From NCBI GenBank assembly GCA_051362555.1, contig CM120641.1, positions 30,324,401 through 30,388,400 of the forward strand: DNA of 64,000 nucleotides, given 5' to 3'. The stretch is from Lingula anatina (taxonomy: Eukaryota > Animalia > Brachiopoda). The notes below the pieces were generated by a model. That model had not been told where the DNA came from. It ran no database searches and worked only from the letters and a program-made list of their open reading frames with translations. The first letter of the stretch is position 1; every line of letters begins with the position of its first letter. This document shows, piece by piece, positions 39,780 to 50,485 of the stretch. The position numbers and the translations under genes are program-made.

Positions 39780-40720
39780 TGATTATGACTGAGGTAAGCT
39801 TATCTGTTGACTGTGTGTAATTGAAGTGAATTTTTGAGAAGTGAAAACTAGACTTAAAAGACTGGCAAATTCCGATGATAAAAACAGTTAAACATTAATA
39901 ATAATGACATATCAAGTCCAATGTTTGTGACATTTGTACAACTGAAGCTTAACAACTGCATAAATCTGAGATAAGCTTATCAGTTGATTGTGTATCACGA
40001 AAAAGATTTTTTGGACAACATATTTTATTATTACATTTAAAAACTGGCAAATCACATGGCTTACAATAGTTAAAAAATAAATAAAATATATAAAATAATA
40101 ATAATAATCTTTATTGGAGAATCGCAACCCGAAGGTTGAAGTTATACAATTATGTTATACAATTATATATGAATATTCAAGTCAAAGTCAAAGTTAAGCA
40201 TTAATAATTTTGACAAATCTAGTCCATTATTTGTGATACTTGTACAAATGCTGCTTAACAGCAACAGAAATGTGATAACTCATCACTTACACTGTGTGAT
40301 TACTGATGACTGTGTAACGGCATATTTTTCAAAACATTTTAAAAGAGTGAAACTTACATTTAAAAAACTGCTAAATTCAACAGATTAAAATAGCAAAACG
40401 TTAATAACTCTGCGAGATGTAGGCCCTACTGTCATGTTTGTAAAACTTGTACAACTGTGGCTTAATTAGCAACTGAAATAATCTAAAATAAGCTGATCAG
40501 TTAACTGTATGTAATGAAAGTAATATTTAGGACAACATATTTGAGAAAACTGATAACATCTATAAAAAACTGGCAAATTCCATGGATAAAAATAGTTTTA
40601 AAAATCTAGTCCAATGTTTGTGAAATGTATACCACTTAGGTAAAAAAAAAAAAAACAAGTTAATCTGCTACGTGTAATTAAAGTGTTTTTTTTTTCACAA
40701 TTCATTTGAGAAAGGTGAAA
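39780..40720. repeat. Highly diverged monomers of the 193-bp satellite (array margin)
   Basis: Contains taagcttatcagttga, actggcaaattc..tgg, aaatagttaaa and tccaatgtttgtga, all motifs of the downstream monomer. Confidence 0.75.
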
Positions 40721-40749
40721 ACCAGCTGGAGTAAACACATTTTTATAGA

Positions 40750-42200
40750 AACAAAAAGGGAAACCACCTTAAGTGTTGTGCTTGACAAAATACGGTAAAC
40801 AACAGTTCTCAATTTTTTGAAGAATACATATATTACAATTCATAACAAATTGTGGGGAGAATTAATGTTCAAATTCAAGGTTGCAAAAAGAATGAGAATA
40901 TAAGACTTCCCATCCAAGTTCAATTGTATATATCACAGCTTGGAAATTTGAAAAGTGCGCTTCATGGCTAAAAGTAGGTCAAGGGTCAAATTCAAGGCCA
41001 CAGGAAGACTGTCAATGTATGAGTTCTTATTCAAGTTCGGTAGTTTAATAGCAACTTTGGGCATGTATCTGGCAGTTTTGGAGATATAAGGGACAAAAAA
41101 GTTGCAAAGTTCAGTTCATGGTGAAAAGTAGGTCAGAGGTCAAATTCAAGGTGACAGATTGCCAGTATGTGACTTCCTATTCAAGTTTTATAGTTACTGT
41201 GGGCATATCTCTGGCAGTTTTGTAAATATAAGGGACAGAGAGTTGTAAGGTTCAGTTCAAATTGAAAATTAGGTCAAAGGTCAATCTCAAGGTGACAGAT
41301 TGCAAGTATATGACTTCCTATTGAAGGTCTATAGTAACTATGTGGGGGGTACCTCTAATTTTGGAGTTATTTCACATTTTATTTTCACCAATGGATATTG
41401 CAACATTGTACTTTCTGATATGGTGCAACTTGTATACCATATGGACAACAAAAACAGACACCATCCCCAGTGTTGTGCTTGACAAGATCTATAAAATGCA
41501 CTAAACAAAAGGTTTCTAGCATTTATGGTTCCAGGATTAGAGTTTGCAGTTAAGAAATCTGGCTGCAATGTTGTGCTTGACAAGATCTATAAAATGCACT
41601 AAACAAAAGGTTTCTACCATTTATGGTTCCAGGATTAGAGTTTGCAGTTAAGAAATCTGGCTGCAATGTTGTGCTTGACAAGATCTATAAAATGCACTAA
41701 ACAAAAGGTTTCTAGCATTTATGGTTCCAGGATTAGAGTTTGCAGTTAAGAAATCTGGCTGCTTCTCCCATAAAAATGCACCAACTGACCCCAAACTCAC
41801 GAAGATGAAAGATAACCCTAAGGGTAATACCTGCCCATAATATTATAGGATAGGTCTGTGTAGATTCAGAAAATCAGCATGAATGAAAAAAATTTTAAAG
41901 AAAATTTTGGCCCATTTAACCTTAAATGGGCATATTTCAAATCCCACATACCACTTTCAGTCATCCATAGAAACTTTTCCTGCAATGCCTTTAGTTTGGG
42001 AGATATTTTGCATTTCATTTTGCAAATTTTGGACAAGGGTGCAATGTGACGAACACCACACCTACACCGCGTACCCAAAATTCACATGGATCAAGTTGAG
42101 ATTATATCTGACCTACATACAAGAGATGGATACATGGTCTCTTATAGTTTAAGAGGAGAAGCAGTAACAGTGATGTGGTGGCAGAGAACAGTGTGCAATA
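40750..42200 (-). mobile_element. Older degenerate copy of HINE family 1
   Basis: Three aggtcaaaggtcaa..tcaaggt..units, tgtgcttgacaa, gaccccaaactcacgaagatgaaaga and gaggagaagcagtaac are all homologous to 46799-50485. Confidence 0.8.
41471..41762. repeat. 98-bp tandem triplication inside the old HINE
   Basis: tgttgtgcttgacaagatctataaaatgcac...ggctgc starts at 41471, 41569 and 41667. Confidence 0.95.
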
Positions 42201-43803
42201 AGACTTAAAATGTATCAAAATTACCATCATGAATATAATTAAATATTAGCAATTTTGTCAATTATATTTTATTTCTTTTTAATTTTGAAAAAATGACATT
42301 TGACAACTGCAGATATCTGTGATAAGCTTATCAGTTGACTGTGTGTAACAGAAGTGCAGCTTATTGGCAATTTATATGAGAAGAGTGAGAATTATTGAAA
42401 ACAAATATTTTAATACGCCAATATATCATATATATCATTCAATATATCATTCAATCTCCAAAGAAACATCATATGTGATCATTTGTTTGCTTGTGTAGAG
42501 GTGACAAATTGTCCAGAAATGTGACCTAGAAAACAACATATACCCATTCAAGACTTCTTCTTACTACCAATACCAGGTGCAGATTCCTCCTTACAATCAG
42601 TTTCTGGAATAGGGTTTAGCACACCATCTGACAAAATATATTTGAAAAAAGTGTAAATTAAATATTAAAAAGTGATAAATTTCCCAGATTAAAATAGTTA
42701 AACATAAATACTTTTGAAAAAGTTAAGCTAAATAGATGACAACATTGAAAAAAATGCCAAATTTGATAACTTAAAATAGTTAAACATTAATAATGTTGGC
42801 AAATCTACTCCAATATTTGTGAAATTTGTACAAATCATGCTTAACATCTAAAAAATCTGTGAAAAGCACATCAGTTGACAATGTCAAATGAAAAAGATTT
42901 TTTCAGAACATATATTTTTAGAAAACTGAAAATGACATTGAAAAGACTGCCAAATTCCATGACTTAAAATAGTTAAACATTAATAATTTTGACAAATCTG
43001 GTCCAATCTTTGTGAAATTTATACAAATGATGCATAACAACAATAATAACCTCATCAGTTGACTGGGTCCAATGAAGATTTTTTAAGACAATATAATTGA
43101 GAAAAATGAATATAACATTAAAAAGACTGGCAATTTTCATGGTATAAAATAGTTAAATGTTAATAGTTTTGACAAATCAAGTCCAATATTTTTGAAATTT
43201 GTACAAATGATGCTTAAAATCTGAAAAACTCATCAGTTGACTGTGTCTAATGAAAAAGATTTTTAAGATCATATTAATTGGAGAAAAACTAAAAATTACA
43301 TTGAAAAGACTGCCAAATTCCATGGTCTAAAATAGTTAAACGTTAAAAATTTTGACAAATCTTGTCCAATATTTGTGGAATTTGGACAGATGATGCTTAA
43401 CAATAACAAAAATCTGTGATAAGCTTAACAGTTGACAGTGTGTAATAGAATTGTACTTGTTTGGTATTTTGTATGTGAAGGGTGAGAATTATATGTTGTC
43501 TTTTGCTGTCTGTTTTTTCTAAACTTTGATAAACTTAACAAATCTTGTCTAATATTTGTGAAATTTGGATAGATGATGCATAACAACAATAATAAAAATC
43601 TGTGATAAGCTCATCAGTTGACTGTGTCTCATTAAAAAGATTTTTTTTTGGACAATAAAACTGAGAAAATTAAAAATGAAATTGAAAAGACTGCAAAATG
43701 CGGTGCCTTAAAATAGTTAAATATTAATAATTTTCACAAAACTTGTTCAATATTTGTGAAATTTGGAGAGATGATGCTTAGCAATAACAAAAATCTGTGA
43801 TAA

Positions 43804-44375
43804 GCTTAACAGTTGACAGTGTGTGATAGAATTGTAGTTGTTTGACATTTTGTATGCGAAGAGTGAGAATTATCTACAATATTTTTTTTTCAATTTCAAA
43901 ACATCTAATTAGACTCACATTAAACATCAAATATTATGATTTGAGTTTGTTTGTGTAAGAGGTGACAAATTACCCATAATTGTCCTCTGGAAAAGAATAT
44001 ATACCCATTTAAGACATCTCCTTACTACCAATACCAGATGCAGATTCCTCCTTACAATCGGTTTCTGGAATAGGGTTTAGCACACCATTTGACAATGTCC
44101 TAAAGCTTGCCATATACCATCTATTGTACACATAGATGAGACATAGTATTGCTCTTGCTGTTGTCTTTTGCTGTCTGTTTTTTCTATAGGAATTAGCCCT
44201 GACCAGATAGGAAGAATCAGTTCACGAAAAAAGCCATCACGCTGTATGGAAAAGGTCACCTGGAAAAAGAACAATATGTTTAATAAAAGTGAAAATTAAA
44301 TTCTAAAAATTGACAAATTTCAGACACTAAAATAGATGAAAAATAATTTTGATAAACTTAACCTAAACAGTTGAC
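43804..44375. repeat. First full copy of the ~565-bp non-satellite cassette (10 copies)
   Basis: Marked by near-identical minus-strand ORFs with lower coordinates 44077, 50656, 51994, 53333, 54670, 57170, 58509, 60618, 61568 and 63683. A degenerate partial copy lies at ~42330-42635. Confidence 0.95.
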
Positions 44376-47013
44376 TATGTCTAAAAAAAGGATATTTTCA
44401 GAACATATAAAATTGAGAAATACTGAAAATGACATTGAAAAGACTGCAAAATGCGGTGCCTTAAAATAGTTAAACGTTAATAATTTTCACAAATCTTGTC
44501 CAAAATTTGTGAAATTTGGACAGATGATGCATAACAATAATAAAAATCTGTGATAAGCTCATCAGTTGACTGTGTCTCATGAAAAACATTTTTCAGAGCA
44601 TATAAATGTGAGAAAACTGAAAATGACATAAAAAGACTGCCAAATTCCATGGCTTAAAATAGTTAAACGTTAATAATTTTCACAAATCTTGTCTAATAAT
44701 TGTGAAATTTGGATAGATGATGCATAACAACAATAAAAATCTGTGATAAGCTCATCAGTTGACTGTGTCTCGTGAAAAAGATTTTTTTTTTTGGACAATA
44801 AATTTGAGAAAACTGACAATAACACTGAAACGACTGCCAAATTCCATGGCTTAAAATAGTGAAACGTTAATTATTTTCACAAATTTTGTCTAATATTTGT
44901 GAAATTTGGAAAGATGATGCATAACAACAATAAAAATCTGTGATAAGCTCATCAGTTGACTGTGTCTCATAAAAAGGATTTTTTTGGACAATAAAATTGA
45001 GAAAACGGAAAATGACATTGAAAAGAATGCAAAATGCGGTGCCTTAAAATAGTTAAACGTTAATAATTTTCACAAGTCTTGTTCAAGATTTGTGAAATTT
45101 GGACAGATGATGCATAACAATTATCAAAATCTGTGATAAGCTCATCAGTTGACTGTGTCTCATGAAAATCATTTTTCAGAGCATATAAATGTGAGAAAAC
45201 TAAAAATGACATTTAAATGACTGCCAAATTCCATGGCTTAAAATAGTTAAACGTTAATAATTTTCACAAATCTTGTCTAATATTTGTGAAATTTGTACAG
45301 ATGATGCATAACAACAATACAAATCTGTGATAAGCTCATCAGTTGACTGTGTCTAATTTAAAAGATTTTTTTGGACAATAAATTTGAGAAAATTGAAAAT
45401 GACACTGAGAAGACTGCAAAATGCGGTGCATTAAAATAGTTAAACGTTAATAATTTTCACAAAACTTGTTCAATATTTGTGAAATATAGACAGATGATGC
45501 ATAACAATAATAAAAATCTGTGATAAGCTCATCAATTGAATGTGTCTCATGAAAAACATTTTTCAGAGCATATAAATGTGAGAAAACTGAAAATGACATT
45601 GAAAGGACTGCCAAATTCCATGGCTTAAAATAGTTAAACGTTAATAATTTTCACAAATCTTGTCTAATGTTTGTGAAATTTGGATAGATGATGCATATCA
45701 ACAATAAAAATCTGTGATAAGCTCATTAGTTGCCTGTGTCTCATAAAAAAGATTTTTTTGGACAATAAAATTGAGAAAAACGGAAAATGACATTGAAAAG
45801 ACTGCCAAATTCCATAGCTTAAAATAGTTTAACGTTAATAATTTTCACAAATCTTGTTCAAGATTTGTGAAATTTGGATAGATGATGCATAGCAATAATA
45901 AAAATCTGTGATAAGCTCATCAGTTGACTGTGTTTCATGAAAAACATTTTTCAGAGCATATAAATGTGAGAAAACTGAAAATGACATTGAAAAGAGTGCC
46001 AAATTCCATGGCTTAAAATAGTTTAACGTTAATAATTTTCACAAATCTTGTCTAATATTTGTGAAATTTGGATAGATGATGCATAACAACAATAAAAATC
46101 TGTGATAAGCTCATCAGTTGACTGTGTCTCATTTAAAAGATTTTTTTTTTGGACAATAAAATTGAGAAAATTGAAAATGAAACTGAAAAGACTGCAAAAT
46201 GCGGTGCCTTAAAATAGTTTAATGTTAATAATTTTCACAAAACTTGTTCAATATTTATGAAATTTGGAGAGATGATGCTTAACAATAATAAAAATCTGTG
46301 ATAAGCTCATCAGTTGACTGCATCTCATGAAAAACATTTTTCAGGGCATATAAATGTGAGAAAACTGAAAATGACATTGAAAAGAGTGCCAAATTCCATG
46401 GCTTAAAATAGTTTAACATTAATAATTTTCACAAATCTTGTCTAATATTTGTGAAATTTGGATAGATGATGCATAACAACAATAAAAATCTGTGATAAGC
46501 TCATCAGTTGACTGTGTCTCATTAAAAAGATTTTTTTTTGGACAATAAAATTGAGAAAATTGAAAATGAAACTGAAAAGACTGCTAAATGCGGTGCCTTA
46601 AAATAGTTTAATGTTAATAATTTTCACAAAACTTGTTCAATATTTGTGAAATTTGGAGAGATGATGCTTAGCAATAACAAAAATCTGTGATAAGCTTAAC
46701 AGTTGACAGTGTGTGATAGAATTGTAGTTGTTTGACATTTTGTATGCGAAGAGTGAGAATTATCTACAATATTTTTTTTTCAATTTCACAACATCTAACT
46801 AGAGGATCAGAGAGGCGATACCGCCTCCGAATATTGTACCACCAGCTGGAGCAAGCGCATTCGTATAGACCCCCACATACACAAAATAAGGGGTGCAGCC
46901 ACCAGTCTTGTGCTTGACAAGCTGTAAAAATGCAATCAACAAGAATTTTCAAAATATGCAAAAAATATATATAACTAAAAATGGTGCAATCAAAGTTAAG
47001 TTCATTGTAAGGT

Positions 47014-48437
47014 AGGTCAAAGGTCAATTTCAAGGTCACAGTAAATTGCCAGTATATGACTTCCTATCCAACTTCAATAGTAACTATGGACCTATCTCTG
47101 CCAGTTTTGGAGATAAAAGGGAAGCAAAATTTGCAAAGTTCAGTTCATGGTGAAAAGTAGGTCAAAGGTCAATTTCAAGGTCACAGTAAGATTGCCAGTA
47201 TATGACTTCCTATTCAACTTCAATAGTAACTATGGACCTATCTCTGCCAGTTTTGGAGATAAAAGGGAAGCAAAATTTGCAAAGTTCAGTTCATGGTGAA
47301 AAGTAGGTCAAAGGTCAATTTCAAGGTCACATTTAGATTGCCAGTATATGACTTCCTATTCAACTTCAATAGTAACTATGGACCTATCTCTGCCAGTTTT
47401 GGAGATAAAAGGGAAGCAAAATTTGCAAAGTTCAGTTCATGGTGAAAAGAAGGTCAAAGGTCAATTTCAAGGTCACAGTAAAATTGCCAGTATATGACTT
47501 CCTATGCAAGTTCAATAGTAACTATGGACCTATCTCTGCCAGTTTTGGAGATAAAAGGGAAGCAAATTTTGCAAAGTTCAGTTCAAGGTGAAAAGTAGGT
47601 CAAAGGTCAATTTCAAGGTCACAGTAAAATTGCCAGTATATGACTTCCTATTCAAGTTCAATAGTAACTATGGACCTATCTCTGCCAGTTTTGGAGATAA
47701 AAGGGAAGCAAAATTTGCAAAGTTCAGTTCATGGTGATAAGTAGGTCAAAGGTCAATTTCAAGGTCACAGTAAGATTGCCAGTATATGACTTCCTATTCA
47801 ACTTCAATAGTAACTATGGACCTATCTCTGCCAGTTTTGGAGATAAAAGGGAAGCAAAATTTGCAAAGTTCAGTTCATGGTGAAAAGTAGGTCAAAGGTC
47901 AATTTCAAGGTCACATTTAGATTGCCAGTATATGACTTCCTATTCAACTTCAATAGTAACTATGGACCTATCTCTGCCAGTTTTGGAGATAAAAGGGAAG
48001 CAAAATTTGCAAAGTTCAGTTCATGGTGAAAAGAAGGTCAAAGGTCAATTTCAAGGTCACAGTAAAATTGCCAGTATATGACTTCCTATGCAAGTTCAAT
48101 AGTAACTATGGACCTATCTCTGCCAGTTTTGGAGATAAAAGGGAAGCAAATTTTGCAAAGTTCAGTTCAAGGTGAAAAGTAGGTCAAAGGTCAATTTCAA
48201 GGTCACAGTAAGATTGCCAGTATATGACTTCCTATTCAACTTCAATAGTAACTATGGACCTATCTCTGCCAGTTTTGGAGATAAAAGGGAAGCAAAATTT
48301 GCAAAGTTCAGTTCATGGTGAAAAGTAGGTCAAAGGTCAATGTCAAGGTCACAGTAAGATTGCCAGTATATGACTTCCTATTCAACTTCAATAGTAACTA
48401 TGGACCTATCTCTGCCAGTTTTGGAGATATAAGGGAC
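47014..48437. repeat. 146-bp tandem array (~10 copies) inside the HINE
   Basis: aggtcaaaggtcaatttcaaggtcac starts at 47014, 47159, 47305, 47451, 47597, 47743, 47889, 48035, 48181 and 48327. Confidence 0.97.
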
Positions 48438-48680
48438 TAAATGTTATAATTTTGGAGTTACCATAATGTGCCATAAATTTCCTACAGAAAAATTTTAATT
48501 AAAATAAAGAAAAGGTCATTTTGGTCAAAGTTCTTGAAATGGGAGGTTCTCTGAAGTTGCAGAAGTTTAAATTTGATAAAATAATGTCATTTTTGACCAC
48601 AAGTTGTCTGCTTTGCCAAGCATTATGTTTTATTTTTCCGGAGTTCAAAATTTATTATCCATTACCGTACTGCACATTTT

Positions 48681-48923
48681 TACGGAAGCCGACTGGTGCC
48701 ATATGTTGAAAAAAAAAATTATCTCGAAATTTTGAGATAGCATTTTTTTTGTTCAAATTTCAAAATACTATCTCGAAATTTCGAGATAAATTTTTTTGCT
48801 CAAATATCAAAATGCTATCTCGAAATTTCGAGATAAAAATTTTTTTTGTTCAAATTTCAAAATGCTATCTCGAAATTTCGAGATAATTTTTTTTTCTACA
48901 TATGGCACCAGTCGGCTTCCGTA
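48681..48923. mobile_element. MITE nested in the HINE, 26-bp TIR, 6-bp TSD CATTTT
   Basis: TACGGAAGCCGACTGGTGCCATATGT / ACATATGGCACCAGTCGGCTTCCGTA, with catttt on both sides. Contains repeated internal palindromes tatctcgaaatttcgagata. Confidence 0.88.
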
Positions 48924-50485
48924 CATTTTCCTTTCACCACCGATATGTACTTTCTGATACAGCGTAACTCGAAAACCGTATGGAAAAAACCGAGACCACT
49001 TCCAGTGTTGGGCTTTACATGCTCTACAAAATGCAAAAAAGAATGGGTCTCTAGCATTAACGGTTCCCGAATTAGAGACAGTTTTCAGTTTCGGTATCTT
49101 ATGGCCGCTACTCCTGTGAAAATGCACCGATTGACCCCAAATTCACGGAGATGAAAGATGACCTGAAGGGTAACACTTTCCAATAATATTATTGGTTAAG
49201 TCTGTGTGGCGTCTGAATAACAGGGCAAAAAAATTTTTTTTCGTAAAAAATTTCATTTTTTTGAAAATTTTGACCCATTTGACCTTGAAGTAAAGGTCAA
49301 AGGTCAAATCCGAGGGTATATTTGAAATCTACACATATGACTTTTGGAAAGCCGTCTATAGAAATTTTTCCCGTAACTCCTTCTGTAGGGTAGATAATTA
49401 GCATTTAATTTTGCCATTTTTAGACAAGGGTGCATTGCAATGAGTGCCACACCCAGACCCCAATACCGACAAAGCCCAAATTTTACGTGGAACGAGTTGA
49501 GATTATAGGTGACCTAAATCCATGAGATGGGTACGGGGGCCCTTACCGTCTAGGAGGAGAAGCGGTAACGGTAACATGGCGGCGGAGCCGGCGGAACGGA
49601 CCGGACGGGACCGAAACCATGTGTACCGCCAGCGCTAACGCTGGTGGTAAATTTTTTTGTTCAAATTTCAAAATAGTATCTCGAAATTTCGAGATAATTT
49701 TTTTTTCTACATATGGCACCAGTGGGCTTCCGTACATTTTCCTTTCACCACCAATATGTACTTTTTGATACAGGGTAACTCGAAAACCGTATGGAATACA
49801 AAAAAACCGAGACCACCTCCAGTGTTGGGCTTTACATGCTCTACAAAATGCAAAAAAGAATGGGTCTCTAGCATTAACGGTTCCCGAATTAGAGACAGTT
49901 TTCAGTTTCGGTATCTTATGGCCGCTACTCCTGTGAAAATGCACCGATTGACCCCAAATTCACGGAGATGAAAGATGACCTGAAGGGTAACACTTTCCAA
50001 TAATATTATTGGTTAAGTCTGTGTGGTGTCTGAATAACAGGGCAAAAAATTTTTTTTTCGTAAAAAATTTCATTTTTTTGAAAATTTTGGCCCATTTGAC
50101 CTTGAAGTAAAGGTCAAAGGTCAAATCCGAGGGTATATTTGAAATCTACACATATGACTTTTGGAAAGCCGTCTGTAGAAATTTTTCCCGTAACTCCTTC
50201 CGTAGGGTAGATAATTAGCATTTAATTTTGCCATTTTTGGACAAGGGTGCATTGCAATGAGTGCCACACCCAGACCCCAATACCGACAAAGCCCAAATTT
50301 TACGTGGAACGAGTTGAGATTATAGGTGACCTAAATCCATGAGATGGGTATGGGGGGCCTTACCGTCTAGGAGGAGAAGCGGTAACGGTAGCCGTCCGGC
50401 GGAGCCGGCGGAGCCGGCGGAGCCGGCGGAACGATCCGGACGAGACCGAAACCATGTGTACCGCCAGCGCTAACGCTGGTGGTAC
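48840..50485 (-). repeat. ~820-bp tandem duplication of the HINE 5' end
   Basis: 48840-49649 matches 49651-50485, and both end in gtgtaccgccagcgctaacgctggtggta. Confidence 0.95.

Larger units (their letters stand above)
46799..50485 (-). mobile_element. Intact HINE (non-autonomous Helentron, DINE-1-like), 3.7 kb, inserted at TT
   Basis: On the minus strand: TT, hairpin gtaccaccagcg-ttag-cgctggcggtac, CCGGCTCCG microsatellite, central tandem array, 3' sub-TIR gctggtggtac, hairpin gaggcg-gtat-cgcctc, ctag, TT. The empty site acatctaattagactc is present in most sister cassettes. Confidence 0.9.

Noticed and set aside
44005-44260. Alternative cassette frame with two in-frame TGA codons as a selenoprotein or mitochondrial insert
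   Set aside because: No SECIS element or mitochondrial gene similarity recognised; the stops are more simply non-coding.
48807-49971. Duplicated 100-130 aa ORFs on both strands
   Set aside because: They lie in the duplicated non-coding HINE 5' region and MITE, with no Rep/helicase or other motifs.
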